Origin: an uncultured virus (IMG/VR IMGVR_UViG_2850943043_000004)
Taxonomy: Duplodnaviria; Heunggongvirae; Uroviricota; Caudoviricetes
Strand: one strand, 5' to 3'
DNA: 64,000 nt
IMG/VR virus record: IMGVR_UViG_2850943043_000004
Coordinates: 62,001-126,000 of that record
The notes below the pieces were generated by a model that saw only the letters and a list, made by a program, of their open reading frames with translations, was not told the DNA's origin and searched no databases. A program made the translations under genes and the position numbers. Positions 57,072 to 64,000 of the stretch are shown one piece after another; positions within the stretch are counted from its first letter, which is position 1, and each line of letters starts with the position of its first letter.

Positions 57072-57365
57072 TTGTTAAAGGATAAAAATAAAATATTAAA
57101 GAGTATTGAAAAGATCAACAAACTTGAAGAAGGGTTGTCACTATTTGAAGAAGGTGACGAAGAATATTTAAGTGTATTAGTGAAAATTCAGGGGCTATAT
57201 GATGAAATCTCAGATACTGCTTTAGAGTGTTTTAAAGAGATGACTGCAAAAATCAGGAAAACTGGTCAGAAACGGATTGTAAAAGGGATTGATCAGTTAC
57301 CACATGCAATTAAAGAAAGTATTGCTGATCAAGTGAATGGTTTAAAAGGGGAGCTATTTGAATAA
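57072..57365 (+). CDS. YosV-like protein
   Basis: 97-aa ORF. Confidence 0.55.
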   Translation: MLKDKNKILKSIEKINKLEEGLSLFEEGDEEYLSVLVKIQGLYDEISDTALECFKEMTAKIRKTGQKRIVKGIDQLPHAIKESIADQVNGLKGELFE

Positions 57366-57435
57366 AAGCAAATATGAATGGTGTTGAATTTGAGGGTGAG
57401 TAATAGCTAATCAAACACAAATATAAAATTAGGAG

Positions 57436-57852
57436 ATGTTTATTATAACATATGTAACTTTATTTCTAGCAGCTTATCTAATTGCATTAAACATTAATGA
57501 GGTCAGATTGATTGTTCGAGGAGAAGGTAATGCGTATAGAAAAGTAAAGAATGTGGTCGATAATTCATCATTAGAAAGTATGAAACGAAATAAGAACTTG
57601 ATTTACCTGTTTACTTTGCTCAAGGGGATATCTTTCATTGTCCCTTTGGCTTATATCGGATTAATTATGCATGATAACATCCTAATGCTTGCATGGACAG
57701 CAGTTTCACTTATATATGTTGTCCTTAGTATGTTTAAAGTTTTAGATGTATTAGACGGTGAAAAAACTAAGCAAAATACATATATTTACTGGCTGTTTGT
57801 TTGTGGGAATTTTCTTTTTGTTGTATTTTATTTGGCAGGTGTATTCTTATAA
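57436..57852 (+). CDS. membrane protein
   Basis: Four hydrophobic segments. Confidence 0.6.
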   Translation: MFIITYVTLFLAAYLIALNINEVRLIVRGEGNAYRKVKNVVDNSSLESMKRNKNLIYLFTLLKGISFIVPLAYIGLIMHDNILMLAWTAVSLIYVVLSMFKVLDVLDGEKTKQNTYIYWLFVCGNFLFVVFYLAGVFL

Positions 57853-57908
57853 AATATTTAATTAATGCTTTGTTTTTTCATATATAATTCAAAAAAGGAC
57901 TGAGAAAT

Positions 57909-58748
57909 ATGACTCAATTCGATAAACAATACAATTCAATTATAAAGGATATTATCAATAATGGAATCTCAGACGAAGAGTTTGATGTAAGAACCAAGTG
58001 GGACTCAGATGGAACACCGGCACATACTCTAAGTGTAATGAGTAAGCAAATGAGATTCGACAACTCAGAGGTTCCGATTTTAACGACAAAAAAGGTTGCC
58101 TGGAAAACAGCCATTAAAGAGTTGCTCTGGATTTGGCAGCTGAAATCTAATGATGTTAATGATTTAAACAAGATGGGCGTACATATTTGGGATCAGTGGA
58201 AACAAGAAGACGGCACCATCGGACATGCATATGGATTTCAGCTGGGGAAGAAAAACAGAAGTCTAAATGGAGAAAAAGTGGATCAGGTAGACTATCTTCT
58301 TCATCAATTGAAGAACAACCCGTCTTCACGCAGACACATTACAATGCTGTGGAATCCTGATGATTTAGATGCAATGGCCTTAACACCATGTGTATACGAG
58401 ACACAATGGTACATTAAACAAGGTAAGCTCCACCTCGAGGTAAGAGCACGGAGCAATGATATGGCATTGGGAAATCCATTCAATGTATTCCAGTACAATG
58501 TGTTGCAGCGCATGATTGCTCAAGTCACAGGTTATGAGCTTGGTGAATTTATCTTTAATATTGGGGATTGTCATGTGTACACACGTCATATAGACAATTT
58601 GGAAGTCCAAGTGGAAAGAGAACAATTTGAAGCACCTGAACTATGGATCAATCCTGCAGTGAAAGATTTTTATCATTTTACAATCGATGATTTCAAGTTA
58701 ATCAACTATAAGCATGGAGACAAGCTTTCATTTGAGGTAGCGGTTTAA
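57909..58748 (+). CDS. thyA: thymidylate synthase (ThyA/ThyP3 type)
   Basis: SRRH, MALTPC, RSNDMALGNPFN, HVY; 279 aa. Confidence 0.95.
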   Translation: MTQFDKQYNSIIKDIINNGISDEEFDVRTKWDSDGTPAHTLSVMSKQMRFDNSEVPILTTKKVAWKTAIKELLWIWQLKSNDVNDLNKMGVHIWDQWKQEDGTIGHAYGFQLGKKNRSLNGEKVDQVDYLLHQLKNNPSSRRHITMLWNPDDLDAMALTPCVYETQWYIKQGKLHLEVRARSNDMALGNPFNVFQYNVLQRMIAQVTGYELGEFIFNIGDCHVYTRHIDNLEVQVEREQFEAPELWINPAVKDFYHFTIDDFKLINYKHGDKLSFEVAV

Positions 58749-59269
58749 TGCTATCTCTTATTGCTTGCTGTGATAAAACTCTGGCCATTGGATATAAAAA
58801 CAAATTACTGTATCATTTGCCTGCTGACATGAAACACTTCAAAGAAAAAACTGAGGGGAAAATATGTATTCAAGGAAGATCAACATACGAATCAATAATC
58901 GGTATAACAGGTAAGCCTCTACAGAATAGAAGGAATATTATACTTACTAGGGATCAGAACTTTAAGCCAGATTATTCGTCGTTTGTTTATCATTCAATTG
59001 AGGAGGTCTTAAAGCTCATTCAAGGACAAGTTAACACTGATGAGGAAGTAATGGTGATAGGAGGAAGTATGATTTACAAAGCATTCTTGCCCTACGCTGA
59101 TAAAGTGTATTTGACAATTGTTGATTCAGAGTCAAATGAAGTAGATTCATATTTCCCAATGTTAGATGATCATTGGAAAGTGACTAATAAACAACATAAT
59201 AAAGCCGATGAAAAGAACAAATACAATTATTCCTTTATAACTTTTGAAAATAATTATAGACAAAGGTAA
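58748..59269 (+). CDS. dfrA: dihydrofolate reductase
   Basis: IGYKNKL.YHLPADMKHF, GRSTYES, RRNIILT, IGG. Confidence 0.92.
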   Translation: MLSLIACCDKTLAIGYKNKLLYHLPADMKHFKEKTEGKICIQGRSTYESIIGITGKPLQNRRNIILTRDQNFKPDYSSFVYHSIEEVLKLIQGQVNTDEEVMVIGGSMIYKAFLPYADKVYLTIVDSESNEVDSYFPMLDDHWKVTNKQHNKADEKNKYNYSFITFENNYRQR

Positions 59270-59285
59270 AAAATATGTATAATAT
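59257..59285 (+). promoter_or_regulatory. SPBRE/promoter upstream of yosX
   Basis: TAGACAAAGGTAAAAAATATGTATAATAT. Confidence 0.75.
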
Positions 59286-59392
59286 GATAATAAGGAGGTT
59301 ATGTGACAACAGTTTTTTATTTAAAAACAAAAACAAAAAATATGCATTTTGATAAAGCTAATATTTTATTCAAACTTTAAGGAGGTGATTAA

Positions 59393-59745
59393 TTGGAAGT
59401 AGGAGACAAAATACATAACACCAACGAACAGATAACAGCCTTAGAGAAAAAGAAATACCAAATTGAAACAACTTTACTTGAAAAACAAAGGGATCTGTTA
59501 AAACTCGAAACTCAGCAAAATAAAGAGAAGCTTGAATTGTTATTCGAGCTAAGTGAAGTCTTAACCCAATTGGAAGGTGAAGAATGGGTAAGCTGCACGA
59601 TTGCTTTACGAATTATTAGAAGAAATAAAAGAAAGTACTTAGACCTTTTGAGCTGGTTAACGAAAAAGCATACATAAATAAGGATAAATTTAAAGTTCTT
59701 CATGATGAATTCTTTCAATTGAAGCTACAATTAAATGAGATATGA
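59393..59745 (+). CDS. YosX-like coiled-coil protein (frameshifted)
   Basis: ORF 59393..59677 continues in another frame. Confidence 0.55.
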
Positions 59746-59872
59746 GGAGTTGTCAGTTGACGGTAGCGAAATTGGAGGTGACAAATATATGTGTACATGT
59801 GAAGAGGGTAGTGGCAAATGTCCTTATTGTGACGGAGCACTATCTGTATTTTAAAGAGAAGGATAGTGAGCT

Positions 59873-60178
59873 ATGGAGAAAATCAATGGCAGGTATAGGA
59901 TTAAAACACCTTGTCCAAAGGGAATTTCAGGATGTGCTGTTTGTCATTATTTATGGATAGACGAAGATGCGTACGACCAGATTTTCGATTGTTATTATGA
60001 TTATTATGGCAAAAAACCAGACCCAGCATCTATTGTTCAAATACATAAACACCTGCCGAAAGATATTCATTTGTTAGCAGAAGAGTGGGGATGGCATGAC
60101 ACAGAGGTCAGAGAAAAAATTTATAAATGGTTGAGAGAAGAGATGATCTGGGTGTTCGGGTTTGGGAAAGGAGTATAA
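59873..60178 (+). CDS. hypothetical protein
   Basis: 101-aa ORF with Cys motif. Confidence 0.55.
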   Translation: MEKINGRYRIKTPCPKGISGCAVCHYLWIDEDAYDQIFDCYYDYYGKKPDPASIVQIHKHLPKDIHLLAEEWGWHDTEVREKIYKWLREEMIWVFGFGKGV

Positions 60179-60204
60179 AAATAGAGGGGATTAACCCTCA
60201 TACA

Positions 60205-60417
60205 TTAATGAAATTGGCCATTCATACTTTGTTGAGCTAAACGTACTAAACGTTTTGTGATCTCTCCACCTACTGATCCGTTTGCTCTACTTGTTGTCTC
60301 AGGCCCTAAGTTCACACCGAACTCAGAAGCAATTTCATACTTCATTTGTTCAAGGGCACCAGCAGCTTGAGGCACAAGTAATTCATTGCTGTTGTTTGAT
60401 CTGTTTTGTTGAGCCAT
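60205..60417 (-). CDS. sspC: alpha/beta-type small acid-soluble spore protein
   Basis: [35 protein letters not shown]; sigma-G-like GTATA-17-CACAATA upstream. Confidence 0.93.
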   Translation of the reverse strand: MAQQNRSNNSNELLVPQAAGALEQMKYEIASEFGVNLGPETTSRANGSVGGEITKRLVRLAQQSMNGQFH

Positions 60418-60517
60418 ATGATCATCTCCTAAAGTTGTATGTAAACAAGCTTGTTCAATTGTATTGTGTGGAGATGTTTTGTAAATATACACATTAATTT
60501 AAAGTGAGGGGATTTAA

Positions 60518-60541
60518 ATGTCAATTGGTCATGGAGCATGA
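60518..60541 (+). CDS. heptapeptide micro-ORF MSIGHGA
   Basis: GTGAGGGGA RBS, then ATG TCA ATT GGT CAT GGA GCA TGA. Confidence 0.6.
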   Translation: MSIGHGA

Positions 60542-60575
60542 ATTAACACGTACTTAAACAAAGAAGGGGGATAAA

Positions 60576-61406
60576 ATGAAAATCGATTATGTTTCAGATC
60601 TGCATATTAATCACTGGATACCTTGGGACAATGACCAAATTAAATGGGAAAGGCGAACAAGGGAGATTATTAGAAGGCTGATATCGAATGGAAATGGAGA
60701 GGTATTAATCATTGCCGGTGATTTTACTGAGTGGAATCAACAGACACTGTGGGTACTTGATGAAGTAGCAAAGCAGTATGAAAAGGTTTACTTCACATAT
60801 GGTAATCATGATCTTTATTTACTCAGTAAAAATCAGCAACGAAAATATTCCGATTCATTGGGAAGGGTGAATGATTTAATTCAGAAGGCTACAGACATCA
60901 ATAATGTCACTCCATTAATAAAGTCTACGGATACATACAAAGGGAAAGTCTTTGCAGGAGATGTTATGTGGTATCTTCCAAAAGGAAATGAAGGATGGGA
61001 TTTCTTCAAAGGTGTCTCTAATGATTCAAACTATATCAGCCTTAATGGATACAGCAAAGAAGATGGGGTACGAGCAATGTGGAAAGAATCAATGGGCTGG
61101 TATGACACTCTTGAAAACTCTCACATTGATGTATTTGTCTCACATGTTCCACCTGTTCACAATCCTTATTCTCCGTTTGAGCCTAACAGCTGCTATATGG
61201 TTGATGTCCCGTTCATTAACGCAAAACATTGGGTTTGTGGTCATGATCATTTACAAGCTGAGTTTGACAAAGATGGAACGAGCTTTCACATGAACTGCAT
61301 TGGATATCCATATGACTATGATATGTATCCTAGAGTAAATGAGATACCAGGTAAGCAAGTTGATACGTATAAAACGTTTGAGCTGAAGACATTTGAAATC
61401 AAATGA
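60576..61406 (+). CDS. yotB: metallophosphoesterase YotB
   Basis: SDLH, AGD, GNHD and GHDH motifs. Confidence 0.85.
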   Translation: MKIDYVSDLHINHWIPWDNDQIKWERRTREIIRRLISNGNGEVLIIAGDFTEWNQQTLWVLDEVAKQYEKVYFTYGNHDLYLLSKNQQRKYSDSLGRVNDLIQKATDINNVTPLIKSTDTYKGKVFAGDVMWYLPKGNEGWDFFKGVSNDSNYISLNGYSKEDGVRAMWKESMGWYDTLENSHIDVFVSHVPPVHNPYSPFEPNSCYMVDVPFINAKHWVCGHDHLQAEFDKDGTSFHMNCIGYPYDYDMYPRVNEIPGKQVDTYKTFELKTFEIK

Positions 61407-61439
61407 AATTCTAATTTTATACAGAAGGGAAGGGGAGAC

Positions 61440-61631
61440 ATGGAAAATGAAGTTGTGTTTTTTTGTAGAAAATGCAATCATCACTTGTTTGCTAAAAATC
61501 CTATGATAAACACATTAAAGGTTATATCTGAAATGGATTGCCCTAATTGTGGAGAAGAGGGTTATCATAATTGGATTCTTTCGCATATAGGTGATTCAGA
61601 GAAAGAAAAGGAGAACTACAATTGGAAGTAG
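61440..61631 (+). CDS. YotC-like zinc-ribbon protein
   Basis: CRKC..CPNC. Confidence 0.65.
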   Translation: MENEVVFFCRKCNHHLFAKNPMINTLKVISEMDCPNCGEEGYHNWILSHIGDSEKEKENYNWK

Positions 61632-61669
61632 ATAAAATGTTGATTTGATTCAAAAAAGGAGGGGATGAC

Positions 61670-62026
61670 ATGTTCCTTAAATGGGTTGAAAAAAGAGAGA
61701 AGGATAAGATGATGGATGACCTAAGTGCATTCATCGACAATCTAATCAATGAAAGGGATTCCCTTGTAGACAAGGTAAGAAAGCTCAGCAAAGATGAGGA
61801 AATCGCAAAATTGTTAAAAGAAAATGATAATCTTAGAAATAATAGCCTTCATACTTTATCAGAAAAAGAAAGAAATGAAGCAGATGCTTTTAGGGATGAA
61901 CATTTGGGGAAATGCAAAGGTAGCATAGCTTATCTTTTGACAGGAGTGAGTATGGGTACAGCTGTAGAGGTTATTTGCTCCAAATGTAAAACCAAAAAAG
62001 ACATTACAGACATTAGTACGTGGTAA
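61670..62026 (+). CDS. hypothetical protein
   Basis: ORF with RBS. Confidence 0.6.
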   Translation: MFLKWVEKREKDKMMDDLSAFIDNLINERDSLVDKVRKLSKDEEIAKLLKENDNLRNNSLHTLSEKERNEADAFRDEHLGKCKGSIAYLLTGVSMGTAVEVICSKCKTKKDITDISTW

Positions 62027-62061
62027 ACAAAGTAGCGAAGTGATTTAAAGGAGATGAACTC

Positions 62062-62403
62062 TTGACTGTATATGAAAAAATTATGAGCCACCCTGAAAGC
62101 AAAAAGGCAGTGTTAATCAAGTTTGGTTTTGGGCAATTGTCCCCGATTAAAGTGGAAAAATGGTTTAAGTCATACAATCCACCCAAATACTACGAATTTA
62201 GAAAAGCAGCTAACCACAGAAAGGTTACTGACCTACATACTCAAGCAATGACAAAGGATCAAAGGACGCATTTATTAAACTTGGAAGAGGTCTTTAATGA
62301 TGAAAAGTCTAGAAATGCGTTATTAAAATTAGCAGAACAAAACACTAAGAGAAATAAGGATGGACTGACTATTATCGAAAAACATGATCCTTGGAGGGGC
62401 TAA
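62062..62403 (+). CDS. hypothetical protein
   Basis: ORF with RBS. Confidence 0.55.
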   Translation: MTVYEKIMSHPESKKAVLIKFGFGQLSPIKVEKWFKSYNPPKYYEFRKAANHRKVTDLHTQAMTKDQRTHLLNLEEVFNDEKSRNALLKLAEQNTKRNKDGLTIIEKHDPWRG

Positions 62404-62838
62404 ATGCAGGCGAACATTACTAAGGAACTGTCGTGGTGGGGAGTTACTTTGACTGGAAGTATGAAAACCGTAAAATCTTTAAGCGAGCTGATGGAAATAA
62501 ACAAAGAACTGTTCGAGAATCTCTACAAAGTCCAAACAGACACAATTGAAGAGCTTGTAAACAAATTATATGAACAGGTTCCTGAGTATGAGAAGAAATT
62601 CTTGAAGTATATTAATGAACAGCTACCTAATCTGAGGAGGTGCTTACAAGTCGAACTGCCCTATAATACTCAACTAATATCGAGCATTGAATACGAAATA
62701 TACATATCAGGTGCCGAAATTGATTGTGAATACCCTTTTGATGCGAGAGGTTGTATTATTACTTTCTTTCAACGGTTACCAGAAATAATCGATTTGCACA
62801 GGGAGGGATTGAATGAAAAACGCAATGTCCTGGTTTGA
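62404..62838 (+). CDS. hypothetical protein
   Basis: Translationally coupled ORF. Confidence 0.55.
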   Translation: MQANITKELSWWGVTLTGSMKTVKSLSELMEINKELFENLYKVQTDTIEELVNKLYEQVPEYEKKFLKYINEQLPNLRRCLQVELPYNTQLISSIEYEIYISGAEIDCEYPFDARGCIITFFQRLPEIIDLHREGLNEKRNVLV

Positions 62839-63238
62839 TTTAGATTTTGAGTTTAAACCAGACAATAACATTGATGAAGCTCTATTGCGATTATTTGATC
62901 TCATGAAGAAGAGTCTCCACATTTATTTCAATATTGAAAATTCTTCTGATATTCATGAGTTTTTAAAAATCGCTGCAACAAAGAGCAATGTTGATTATTC
63001 CTTCATTGAATGGATTAGGGGAAAGGGCATCCCAAGATTAAAGAAAATTGATTTCGAAAATTTACCAAGCAATGATCAATTTCTTGCAATGATTGAGATC
63101 GATGAATACTGTCTTAAATGTGAGATGGATTTTAAAGAGCCAGAAGAGGTAAGGGGTTGCATCATCACGATCATTAATAGTATTCAGGAATATACTAATA
63201 TTTGCAAACAGTTAATTAAGGGAGGGCGAGTGATCTGA
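62813..63238 (+). CDS. hypothetical protein
   Basis: Translationally coupled ORF. Confidence 0.55.
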   Translation: MKNAMSWFDLDFEFKPDNNIDEALLRLFDLMKKSLHIYFNIENSSDIHEFLKIAATKSNVDYSFIEWIRGKGIPRLKKIDFENLPSNDQFLAMIEIDEYCLKCEMDFKEPEEVRGCIITIINSIQEYTNICKQLIKGGRVI

Positions 63239-63401
63239 TTGTTACGGCATGGGTTTTATTAGTTGTATTTGGGCTTGTGTTTTTAGCAAATGTGGATTCC
63301 GAAGAGGATATTAAATTTGCAGTGTATATTGGTGTAATAAAATTTGTTTCAGTTTTCATTGTTGCAATTGCAGCAGGTGTAATATGGGGAGGGTTGTTTC
63401 A

Positions 63402-63644
63402 ATGAGTGATATTGAAAATAAGTATGTGAAACTAAAGCATGTTAAAGAACTATTGGGGTTAATAAAGACCAGAGACAGTTATTATGATTGGTCGGATAAC
63501 TATGAAAAATATGATAACAAAGTAAAAAATACAGTAGAGTGGTTGGAACGGAATGCTAAAACATTGGATAAGCCGATCAAATTTAATCAAAAAGAAGAAT
63601 TTTATGAAGTGACAAATTATGAACCAGTGGAATTAAGTAAATGA
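63402..63644 (+). CDS. hypothetical protein
   Basis: ORF after GGGAGGG. Confidence 0.55.
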   Translation: MSDIENKYVKLKHVKELLGLIKTRDSYYDWSDNYEKYDNKVKNTVEWLERNAKTLDKPIKFNQKEEFYEVTNYEPVELSK

Positions 63645-64000
63645 ATAAGCCGGTAATAACGTTAACATATGGTTTGGGTATTGTTGAAGCGTTTATTATG
63701 GGTTTTACCTTAGCACAGAAGTATTTTGTTCCGGCCATCATAAGTGGGATATTGACTTTAATCATTGGTTATTTCCATGTATGTAAAGGCTCAAAAACTA
63801 AATAAAATCGGTCTTTTATTTAGAGTGAAAATAAAATTAGTGGATAATTTAAGGGATTTATGAATTTAAAAGTCCAACTAATAAGCCAAAGAGACTTAAC
63901 ACTATTGAAATGCAAAGAAAAGCCCATATCAAAGCTGTTAAGGGATTGTTAAGTCCAATCCTTTCTTTCCATCCTATTTTAGTGGATTCAGCAGTTTTAT

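Larger units (their letters stand above)
1705..63824. repeat. dispersed 28-bp palindromic gene-junction repeat TYYNNWTAAAA-N6-TTTTAWNNRRA
   Basis: 21 exact TAAAA-N6-TTTTA cores starting at 1711, 2167, 3781, 4102, 7220, 14731, 16069, 17311, 21003, 21870, 22227, 25796, 26227, 29901, 44247, 44557, 45927, 47042, 49026, 55572, 63803; 8 one-change variants at 16881, 43892, 47503, 50518, 56815, 59353, 61404, 61633. Confidence 0.85.
1..64000. mobile_element. SPbeta-like temperate phage/prophage, early and DNA-metabolism region
   Basis: Gene order yon/yop/yoq/yor/yos/yot, arbitrium GMPRGA, phage DnaE/DnaB/primase/RecJ, nrdIEF, sspC. Confidence 0.97.

Noticed and set aside
57374..57403. Micro-ORF MNGVEFEGE
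   Set aside because: No properly spaced SD, and it does not fit the Met+6 GA/GG pattern
1618..59285. AAAATATGTATA repeat as a novel element
   Set aside because: It matches the known SPbeta repeated element bound by MrpR; listed under features
679..63765. Many short minus-strand ORFs in the track that overlap long plus-strand genes
   Set aside because: Antisense shadows without an RBS or recognisable motifs
1..64000. CRISPR arrays, tRNA/rRNA genes, IS elements, nrdE intein
   Set aside because: I saw no regularly spaced repeats, cloverleaf structures, transposase motifs or intein insertion

Overview
This 64 kb window is the early/regulatory and DNA-metabolism part of an SPbeta-like (Bacillus subtilis group) temperate phage or prophage, roughly yonV to yot. 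Gene symbols come from my recollection of SPbeta proteins and gene order, not from a database search. The window holds the arbitrium locus (aimR, aimP encoding GMPRGA, AimR operator), the yopM-yopR repression operon, ligB/yoqW, the yorE-yorL replication module, nucleotide-metabolism genes (nrdI, nrdE with a group I intron, nrdF, thioredoxin, dUTPase, thyA, dfrA), a MazE-mimic yosL and sspC. Many genes carry single-base losses in homopolymers, most likely assembly errors. Two unexplained patterns stand out. (1) Signal-peptide-less micro-ORFs of Met plus 6 residues, each with a ribosome-binding site, resemble mature arbitrium peptides: MSIGHGA at 60518, and a promoter-driven tandem array (I)KKV(L/F)GG, MINIIGG, MEVRVGG at 29774-29853. 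(2) About 29 copies of a dif-like 11-6-11 bp palindrome (TYYNNWTAAAA-N6-TTTTAWNNRRA) sit at the junctions of accessory genes, suggesting a cassette-shuffling system.
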